NCBI RefSeq assembly: GCF_000372725.1
Contig: NW_005201154.1
Coordinates: 118,843 to 182,842, forward strand
Direction of reading: 5' to 3'
DNA length: 64,000 nt
From: Emiliania huxleyi CCMP1516
Taxonomy: Eukaryota
The notes beneath the pieces were generated by a model that was given only the letters and a program-made list of their open reading frames with translations, did not search any database and had not been told where the DNA came from. This document shows, in pieces, positions 47,501 through 55,993 of the stretch. Each line of letters opens with the position of its first letter. Within the stretch, counting starts at the first letter, position 1. A program made the translations under genes and the position numbers.

Positions 47501-47611
47501 GGCGCACCCCGCGCCGCAGACCTCGCCGCGGCCGTCGATGAGGCTTGCACGACGCTGCGCGGCGCGGTTGAGACGCTGATACCCGCGCCGCAGCCCACCT
47601 CAAAGTTGTGA
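44513..47611 (+). CDS. Carnitine/choline O-acyltransferase family protein; multi-exon; ends in SKL
   Basis: QRSVPRLPIPPLGETLERYL, TARIP, RWYDKLQL, INFEHAPQDG (catalytic His), TYEACSTQSFSHGRTE|VIRP, GKG|HERHL, STSGL...FGPVA..GVGLGY. Confidence 0.9.
45892..46393 (+). repeat. Eight copies of a 25-bp exon end separated by (CCCCATATCT)n
   Basis: TCAACTTCGAGCACGCGCCGCAGGA repeated eight times. Confidence 0.95.
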
Positions 47612-47884
47612 GGCCATCCCTCAATCCGTCGGACTCTCGAATCAACCATCACACACACATTATGGCCACACATCAAGGGACCGACCCATGATGCATGAAG
47701 AGTGTGCCCTCAAATAACGCTCAAACACTCATCGCTGAATACTCTGAATATATTGGCAATACTTTCAAAAAACAAATCTTCAAGTCCGTAATGCCGTACT
47801 GTATAGTATATTGCCCTCCTTTTCCCGAGTGTTCCACACTTGTCGTTATGACTTAAAGCCGTATGTGTACTGTGCCACACGCTC

Positions 47885-49408
47885 TCATTTGTGATTTGAC
47901 CCGATTAGCTGTGTGCTTGGTTCCCCTTTAGGCTTTAGCCGAACCCAGCCATTCTCCCGTCGCGCGTTGGCCAACAGCATCTGGTGCCGGCGTAACGCGC
48001 TCCAGGGCAGGTCGGCGTAAAAGCGGCCCAGTCGCCAGTATCCTGGCATGTTGATCCAGTCCGTTCCCCTAAAATTCCACATCCAGTCCCAGCTGTTGTA
48101 CTGGAACCAGGCTTTCCTGTTTCCGCCCCCGCCATTGAAGTGGAGCGCTGCGAACGAGAAGGTGCTGTTGCGATCCATCCCGTGCGCGAGCAGGTGGCCG
48201 TCCCACTCGGAGGAGAGATTGCCAATGAGCGAGGTATTAGTGCTCTCGAGGCCAACCAACAGCTGCTGGTCGTCAATGCCGGCCGGGAACGCGCGACGAG
48301 CTTTCGGCACCATCATCTTTGACTGTCGGACCACTTCGGGCAACAATTTCAGCACCTCTGGCAGCCTCGCTATGTTGAGTAGCATCAGAGCAGCGCAGCG
48401 CGACGGCCCAAGCTGCGCTGCAAATCCCGGCAAACGCTCCTCAAAAAGCATACGCACATCTGAGAGAAAGACCACATCTGTATCCGCGTAGATCACAAAA
48501 GCGTCCTGCACCTTCGTGAGCGGAGGTATCACCTCGTGGAGAAACAAGCGCACGAACGTGCCAAAGGTGTGCCTCCTTGCGAGCCTGAACGGGCTAACAA
48601 CCGCTGAGAGCCGGCGCTCCCAGTTGACCAGCTTTGGTGCACTCACAACCAACACATCAACATCGACCTTGCTCAAAGAGCCGAGAGGCATCTGCAAAGT
48701 GTCGCCAAGCGCGTGTGCGAGCTCCACCCGCACCGCCTCGGAGCCTGGCTGGTCACAAACGACCAAGACACGGACGAGAGAGGACTGAGTCGGAAGCGGA
48801 GGGCCGATGTTGGCCACCATTGACTTGAGTGACACCGACAGCTCGCTCACTTGCCCGCTTGAGTTTGTGAACACAGCATAGACCAGCGTCATCACGTTTC
48901 CAGTAGTGAAGGCATCTGACGGAGGGGCAACAGCGATAAGAGGAGCCACAAGAGCTGGCAGCGGCGGTGGTGGAGCCTGCAGTGGACTGGGGAACCTCTT
49001 GCCAAGGATATCGGTGAATTTCATCTCCATTCCGGCGTCACTGTGCTCGCCGTTGCTGTGCTCGCCACTGCTGCCATCGCCATCGCCTCGGGTGTAGTTG
49101 CTGCTACCCCGCAGGATGCAAGCCACATCCGCCCGTGATTCGCAGACCCGATCCGTACGCAAAATAGCGGGCATGCAGCACTGGCGTGGCCCGCCAGGGC
49201 GACTGGAGCAGCCATGTCCGCCGCACAGCCCGCACGTGGCGTTGCAGCAGACCTGGCGGCTTGGGTGCACGACGCCGGCCGAGCAGTCGGCGAATCGACG
49301 AGAGGAGGCCGTGTGCTCCACGGGCCTGATGGTGAGGTTGAGACGGTGGTGGATTACCAGGCGGTGCGCCTCGGCCGACGGCGAGAAGGACGAGAAGGAC
49401 GAAAACAT
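47885..49408 (-). CDS. Intronless GT8-like glycosyltransferase with an N-terminal Cys-rich module
   Basis: FVRLFLHEVIP, IYADTDVVFLSDV (DxD), DQQLL, ALHFNGG. N-terminal CCNATCGLCGGHGCSSRPGGPRQCC...VC....AC. Confidence 0.7.
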   Translation of the reverse strand: MFSSFSSFSPSAEAHRLVIHHRLNLTIRPVEHTASSRRFADCSAGVVHPSRQVCCNATCGLCGGHGCSSRPGGPRQCCMPAILRTDRVCESRADVACILRGSSNYTRGDGDGSSGEHSNGEHSDAGMEMKFTDILGKRFPSPLQAPPPPLPALVAPLIAVAPPSDAFTTGNVMTLVYAVFTNSSGQVSELSVSLKSMVANIGPPLPTQSSLVRVLVVCDQPGSEAVRVELAHALGDTLQMPLGSLSKVDVDVLVVSAPKLVNWERRLSAVVSPFRLARRHTFGTFVRLFLHEVIPPLTKVQDAFVIYADTDVVFLSDVRMLFEERLPGFAAQLGPSRCAALMLLNIARLPEVLKLLPEVVRQSKMMVPKARRAFPAGIDDQQLLVGLESTNTSLIGNLSSEWDGHLLAHGMDRNSTFSFAALHFNGGGGNRKAWFQYNSWDWMWNFRGTDWINMPGYWRLGRFYADLPWSALRRHQMLLANARRENGWVRLKPKGEPSTQLIGSNHK

Positions 49409-49555
49409 CTCTGGGGCGGGTCGAGGCTGTCACGCGCAAGTTTAGCTAACGGACATCGAAAAAAATCAATGATTTCAATCACCCATGTACCGCGTCCTGT
49501 GCCCCCGAGTTCATTTAATATAAATACCGTCTTGTCTGCCAACAATACACCTAAA

Positions 49556-49606
49556 ACCCATACCGCGTTGGTGTCCAGTCCGAGCCTGACCGTTCTTCAC
49601 CTTCCT
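49556..49606 (+). repeat. 51-bp dispersed repeat, copy 2
   Basis: ACCCATACCGCGTTGGTGTCCAGTCCGAGCCTGACCGTTCTTCACCTTCCT. Confidence 0.85.
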
Positions 49607-50011
49607 TCCTATGTATGTTCGTAGGGAGGTGATGAGGAGTCAGTTAGCGCGGCGGGCGGTTAGACGTTACGAGAGGCTCGGAGGTTGGAGGCTGGAGCGG
49701 AGCGTGTCTCATTGCGTCAGGCAGGCCCACGACCGACACCCACCGGAGCGTGGCGGTGGCGCAGGGCCGGCCGCACACCATGCCGAGTCCGCTCGTGTTC
49801 GTCGACGGGGCCGCGGCGCTGACGGCGAGTTGCAACCATGATGAAAGGCAAGGTGTTCAGGGTAGTGAAGAAATAAGAAGAAGACGACATGGTTCGACCT
49901 CGCGTGCGAGATGTGTGTCGCGAAGAGTTGTGACGGTTGAATTTTTGCCGATTTCTGTAAGCTTCCATTTTTGAAAATAGGTTTGGAAACCACCGAGGGG
50001 TACGATTCCAA

Positions 50012-50887
50012 ATGAGGCGATGGCACCTGGACCTCGAGGGCAGCTTCGAGGAGAAGGTGCGGGAGTTTGAGTTTGCCCTGTCGCACGGCGACGAGGCGGC
50101 CAAGGCGGCCATGTACCGCGCCGCCGCACAGGGCGCCACTAGCATGACGCACGCCATGTCGCGCGAGATCCACGAGGCCCTCGAGAGCGCGGGCGAGGCT
50201 GCCCTCGGCGAGACGCGCGCAGGCCACCTGCAGTGCGCCACTCCCATCGTCAGCGATTCGGTGACGCCGAACTGGTCGTACTGCTGCGACGTGACGGAGG
50301 CGGCTTCGTCGATGTTCGTCTTCGAGCTGTACGACGAGGACACCCTCTACTCCGTCAACGACTTCCTCGGCGCCTCCTACCTCCGCGCCGACGCCGAGGA
50401 CGGCCAGTGGGAGCTGCCCGTGGTTGGCGCGCAGCGATTTGGGGGCGACGCCGAGCAGCACGCGACGCTGCACGTGCTCGTGGCGACCACCGACGAGAAG
50501 CCTCCGCTCGGCCACATCGGAGAGGACTGCTGGGGCACTTGCGGAGCCTCGGGCGTGTGCCCTGAGTTTTGTGGATCCCACGGAGCGTGCTGCCGCGGAG
50601 ACGTGGCGGCGCCAGGCTGCCCGCTGTATGGCTCGGACCCCTTCTGGCACAGCTGCGTCGCCGCCGACATGACGCAGCTTGAGGGCCACGGTTTTGGCGG
50701 ATGGTTCCCCCACCTCTTCCTCCGCGCAGAAGCCGCGCCCGCGCCCGCGCCAAGCGCGACGCCGCCCGATCCGCGGCCGCTCCTGCTGTTGCTTGGTGTC
50801 GCCACCGCTGCCACCATTGCCCACGTCGTGCGATCGAGGCGCTGCCAGCCGGAGGAGCGGGCTGGGCCAGCAGTTGCCATGGTCTGA
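50012..50887 (+). CDS. C2-domain protein with a Cys-rich module and C-terminal membrane anchor; true start uncertain
   Basis: CATPIVSDSVTPNW, FVFELYDEDTLYSVNDFLG; CWGTCGASGVCPEFCGSHGACC; LLLLLGVATAATIAHVV. Confidence 0.65.
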   Translation: MRRWHLDLEGSFEEKVREFEFALSHGDEAAKAAMYRAAAQGATSMTHAMSREIHEALESAGEAALGETRAGHLQCATPIVSDSVTPNWSYCCDVTEAASSMFVFELYDEDTLYSVNDFLGASYLRADAEDGQWELPVVGAQRFGGDAEQHATLHVLVATTDEKPPLGHIGEDCWGTCGASGVCPEFCGSHGACCRGDVAAPGCPLYGSDPFWHSCVAADMTQLEGHGFGGWFPHLFLRAEAAPAPAPSATPPDPRPLLLLLGVATAATIAHVVRSRRCQPEERAGPAVAMV

Positions 50888-51222
50888 AGGCGCGCGGAGC
50901 TTCGAACTGCGTGTCGGGTGCCATTCTGCAGCGTGCGCAGTCTGTAAGCGCGGGGCATGTGGCGCTACGGCTTTATGCGCGCGGTCACGTGCGGTTTACA
51001 GTAGGGGCCAGGGTGCTCTGGGCGTGACCGGCGCCCGGCTCCGGGTATTTATTTGTTGCTTTGCACGTTGAGCGCGAAGAAAAAAGGGAACCACGCACTG
51101 CTCCACAACAGGTAAAAAACAAAAGAGGCGACAAAGCGATCGGTCTCTCTACCTCTTTCCCGAACGCGTCATGGGACGCGCGCCGTCTCCAAACCGACGT
51201 GCGTCGCACAGCTGCGCCCGCG

Positions 51223-54200
51223 TCACTCGCGGCGCCTCTTCTTGGCGGCGGTGGTCCAGCTGCCGTCCACACCGTGCTCCTCCGCCAGCCGCTGCCTCAC
51301 GTCGTCGGGCGAGTGGAGGAAGAAGTGCTGCCGCAACGCGGCCGGCGGCGTGAGCGCGGCGGCGCCGCCCCGGGGAGAGAGCAGCGCCTCCCACACGGGC
51401 GAGACCGGAGCGACCGTGAAGGGCGTCGGCGGCGCGTCGACTGGCTCCGTGGCGGTGGCGGGCGGGCGCGGCGGCGGCTGCAGCAGCGCGGGCCACGTCT
51501 GAGAGCGAGTGACGCGCGGCACGCTCGACTGCGCGCTCAGCCGCGAGCGACGCGCCGCCCCACGCGTGGGCTGGGCGTACCACGCGACCAGCAGCACCAG
51601 CCGCTGCTCGGCGATGCTCTGCCCGCCTAGGACACGTCCGTGACATGTCCGTGACATGTCCCACAGCCGCTGTGCTCGGCGATGCTCTGCCCGCCGCCGC
51701 CCTTCGCCGTGGCTCTGCCCCGCCCACGGCCGCTGCGGGTGCGGTCGGCACGGGAGGCCCGGCTGCGCGCTGCACCGCCGCCACCACAGCCGCGGCCTGC
51801 AGCGCCATACGCCCCGCCGCCAGAGCCGCGGCCCGGAGCCTCTGCGCCGCAGGGTGGGCCGCCGTTGAAGGCGCCCGGCAGGACCCCATGCAGCCGGTCG
51901 CCTGTGGGGCATGTCGTGGACGTGTCGTGGACGTGTCGTGGACGTGTCGTGGACGTGTCGTGGACGTGTCGTGGACGTGTCGTGGACGTGTCGTGGACGT
52001 GTCGTGGACGTGTCGTGGACGTGTCGTGGACGTGGCGGGAGGGCCCGTGCAGCGTGTCGCCTTTGAAGGTGAGGAAAGAGCGGCTTGCGGGGTGGACGAG
52101 GTACGCGCGCGAGCCCGCCTACGACATGTCCGCGACATGTCCACGACATGTCCACGACATGTCCACGACATGTCATGCACGCGCGCGAGCCCGCCTGCCC
52201 GCCGAGCGTCTCGTCGATCACCTGCGCGCCAGGCGCGGCCTCGGTCAGCTCGCTCCTTCGTGGGCCAGCCCAGCCCCGTACCGCCTGCCGCCTGGTCGAG
52301 GACCATATCTCCCCATATCTCCCCACATCTCCCCATATCTCCCCGTACCGCCTGCCGCCTGGTCGAGGACCATATCTCCCCATATCTCCCCACATCTCCC
52401 CACATCTCCCCGTACCGCCTGCCGCCTGGTCGAGGACCATATCTCCCCATATCTCCCCATATCTCCCCATATCTCCCCGTACCGCCTGCCGCCTGGTCGA
52501 GGACCATATCTCCCCATATCTCCCCACATCTCCCCATCTCTCCCCGTACCGCCTGCCGCCTGGTCGAGGACCAAGCTCTCGGGCGCCCCGCCGTCGGAGA
52601 TGGGGGGAGATGTGGGGAGATGGGGGAGATATGGGGAGATGTCGCACCAGGGTCGGGTCCCCGGCGTCAGAGAGGTAGACGACGGAGGAGACGAGCGGGT
52701 GGAGCACCTACTTCGACCACTCTTCCTGTGTGTATGGAGAGGCAGACGACGGAGGAGACGAGGCGGGGGAGAGGACCTCTCCTCCCGCCTCGAGCGCGCC
52801 CTCCTCCACGTCGTAGTGGAGCTCGTGCCCGACGCCTGTTCGCAGCGAGGAGGGGTGAGGGGGCGCGGGCCACACGGGGGCACGCAATCGTGCAGCCCGC
52901 CCCCCCCTCCACGCCTCTCCCCGCCCCGCGGGAGTGCACCCACCACTCGGCGGACTGCGGCGCCACCTCGCCGGCCAGCTCGCCGGCCAGCGGCGCCAGC
53001 CGGCGCACCAGCCGCGTGACCACATCCTCGTGCGGCGACGGCGGCGAGGCGAGGTCGACGTACCACGTGAAGTAGCGCTTCTCTGCCGAGGCCGACGCGT
53101 ACCGCGTCTCGCTCCAGTACGCGGCGCCTACAGGACATGTCTCGGACGTGTCGTGGACGTGTCGTGGCCGTGTCGCCTCGCTCCAGTGCGCGGCGCCAGG
53201 AGCAAAGGCGCGGCGCAGCTGCTCGCACGTCTCTCGAGGGACAGCGTCCGGGTACACGCGGACCTGTACTCTCGGGTGATCTCGGGTAATCTCGGTTAAT
53301 CTCGGGTAATTTCGAGGGACAGCGTCGGGCACACGCGGACCGGGCAGCCGTCGCGCAGCCCCGAGCCGGCTGGAGGCGGCACCTTGCGCGCAGGGACCCT
53401 CGCCGCCCGCCACACGCACGGAGAGAGGCGCCACCGGAAGCCGAAGGAGCGGATCGCGCCCTCCGCCTCGGTGGCGTCCCAGCTGCGAGGCGAGGAGGGC
53501 GGCGTGCATAGTCGCGAGGCCGACGCAGCGGCGGCGCGGCTCGTACACAAACGCGTCCGCCCAGTCATACTCGCCCTCCTCCTCGCCCTCCTCCTCGCCC
53601 TCCTCCGCCTCCGCCTCCGCCTCCGCCCCCGCCTCCGCCTCCTCCCCGCCCTCCTCCCCGCCCTCCTCCCCGCCCTCCTCCCCGCCCTCCTCCCCGCCCT
53701 CCTCCCCGCCCTCCTCGCAGAGGGACCCTGGGAGCCTCGACACTCTCCGCCACAGAGACAACGCCTCCTCGGCGTCGCCGCCGTCGCGCCGCAGCAGGGC
53801 GAGGCTCATCATCGCGGGCGCGTTCTGCGGCCACGCGGCGAGTGAGGCGCGCAGCAGCGCCTACGGGCAGGGCGAGGGTGGCTCCTCTCGCAGAAGTCCT
53901 CAGCCAGGCAGCCATCCGACCACAAGTCCAGTCCGCCTCTGCCTCTCGTGCTGGTGCCGACGCCCGGGCGAGGAGCGGAAAGCCGAGCGCCGCGGCCTTG
54001 TCCAGCTGGAGCTCGGCGCGGCCGTTGAGCGCGGCGCTCAGGAGCAGGCTCGGAGGAGGCAGCGGGAGTGCCGCGTCCCGTGGCCAGGCGCACGGCGCTG
54101 GGACACGGCCCTCTCCGCCGCCGATGGCGTCGGCAAGAGCCTGCAGTTTCGTGTCTGCCCGAGTGTCGCCAGCCTCGCACGCGTCCTGTGCGTCGAAGAA

Positions 54201-54227
54201 GAGCGCAAGCAGCGAGGCGTCGTCCAT
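51223..54227 (-). CDS. Multi-exon protein with a helical (TPR-like) N-terminus and a 2OG-Fe(II) oxygenase-like domain
   Basis: AEWWVHSR, GHELHYD.EE (HxD), HPLVSSVVYLSDAGDPTL, LHGVLPG, QRLVLLVAWY across exons; acidic EEGG repeat. Confidence 0.6.
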
Positions 54228-54565
54228 TCGCAGCGGCTCTCCGAGGCGCGAATTCTTTTCCTCTGAAGAAAAAAGACGAGAGAGGGGTTGGGAGGCGGGA
54301 AAAGCAAAGACAAGGACCCACGGACGACTGCAAGGGAGGAGCTGCGATCGTCTCGGTCGCTACCTACTTGCCCCCGGCCGGATCTGTGCTACTGAATCTA
54401 GATACAAGATACGCTGATGAGTGATGTGTGATGATATCAATCAGAGAGGGAGAGAGAGAGAGAGATTTTTAGGAGCCAACAAGTTCAATCAGAGACCCGA
54501 GACCGCTGAGATCTAAGTATGGGGCTTAAGGCTGAGGTGGCAGCCGAGGTAGGTACGCCCTTCAC

Positions 54566-55843
54566 TCACAGCCCCGGCGCCCACGCCTCGACCTTCTTGG
54601 GCAGCGGCTGGTTCGACAGGTCCTCTCCGTGGCCAAGGCAGCCGCTTTCGCCCAGACCCCAAGCATAAACAGCGCCATCGGCCGTGGTGGCGAGGCTGTG
54701 GAATGCTCCAGCCGACACAGCGACGACGCGCTGGCCAGCCAAGGCCTCGACCTTCTTGGGCAGCAGCTGCTCCTGCGTGTCGCCGTGGCCCAACTCGCCC
54801 CAGTCTCCAACGCCCCAGCTCCAGACGCTGCCGTCGGCGGTGAGGGTGAGGCTGTGGTAGCCTCCGGCCGACACAGCGACGACGCGCTGGCCAGCCAAGG
54901 CCTCGACTTTCTTCGGCAGCAGCTGGCGCTGCTTGTCGCCGTGGCCCAGCCGGCCACCGCCTCCAGCGCCCCAGCTCCAGACGGCGCCATCGGCAGTGAT
55001 GGCGAAGCTGTGGAATGCTCCAGCCGACACAGCAAGGGCGCGCTGCCCAGCCAAGGCCTCGACCTTCTTCGGCAGCAGCTGCGTCTCCTCGTCGCCGTGG
55101 CCCAGCTCGCCGTTCCCTCCCCAACCCCAGCTCCAGACGGCGCCATCAGCGGTGAGGGCGAGGTTGTGGTACTCTCCGACCGACACAGCGACGACGCGCC
55201 GCCCAGCAAAGGCCTCGATCTTCTTGGGCTGCCACTGGTTCTGCTGGTCGCCGTGGCCAAGCTTGCCGCAGCCTCCGTCGCCCCAGCTCCAGGCGGCGCC
55301 GTCGGCGGTGATGGCGAAGCTGTGATAGGCTCCAGCCGACACGCTCACAGCGCGCTCGCCGCCCAGCGTCGACAGGAGGCGCGTCGGCGTGTTGAGCTGC
55401 GTCACGCCCTCGCCGTGGCCAAGCAGCGCGGGCATTGGATTGTAGTCCGGAGCCGAGCCGCACGACGAGAGCTGCCCCTCGCCGTCGATGAAGAGGCTGT
55501 GCCGTTCGCCTGCGGACACCCTCGCCGGCGGGTTGGCCTTGCGCAGGAGCGCGGCAAAGCACAGCCACCGCACGGCGCAGCTCTCGCCCTCTGGCAGCGC
55601 CGGCAGCTCGAAGCCGCGCCGTTGCGCCCACAAGCGGATGCCCTCCTCCGCAAGCGAGGCGTGGAAGAGCAGCGAGACGGCTGCGACGCGAGCGATGTCG
55701 ATGGGGCTGTCGCAGCGAGAGAGGACGCGCTCGAGGAGCTCCCTGGGGAGGTCGAGCAGGCGGGCGGGCGGCGGCGCGACTGGCGAGGGGGCGGCGGCGG
55801 CGGCGGAGGAGAGGCGGCGCGGGCGGCGGTGCGGCATGGACAT
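54566..55843 (-). CDS. Intronless F-box-like + RCC1-repeat (beta-propeller) protein, 425 aa
   Basis: LLDLPRELLERVL; six-seven VSAG..HS.A.TADG.VWSWG.G..G.LGHGD repeats. Confidence 0.9.
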   Translation of the reverse strand: MSMPHRRPRRLSSAAAAAPSPVAPPPARLLDLPRELLERVLSRCDSPIDIARVAAVSLLFHASLAEEGIRLWAQRRGFELPALPEGESCAVRWLCFAALLRKANPPARVSAGERHSLFIDGEGQLSSCGSAPDYNPMPALLGHGEGVTQLNTPTRLLSTLGGERAVSVSAGAYHSFAITADGAAWSWGDGGCGKLGHGDQQNQWQPKKIEAFAGRRVVAVSVGEYHNLALTADGAVWSWGWGGNGELGHGDEETQLLPKKVEALAGQRALAVSAGAFHSFAITADGAVWSWGAGGGGRLGHGDKQRQLLPKKVEALAGQRVVAVSAGGYHSLTLTADGSVWSWGVGDWGELGHGDTQEQLLPKKVEALAGQRVVAVSAGAFHSLATTADGAVYAWGLGESGCLGHGEDLSNQPLPKKVEAWAPGL

Positions 55844-55993
55844 CGCGAAGAAAAAAGAAAATGCACTCGCATGAACAGCTCAGGAGCAACTGCAACCTTA
55901 AACTCTCCCTCACACGGGCTCGAAAATAAAGAAAGCTTAGTGCTGGTCGGCAGCGCCGCCTGGGCTCCGTCGAGCTCTGCTAGCTGTCGCCTA

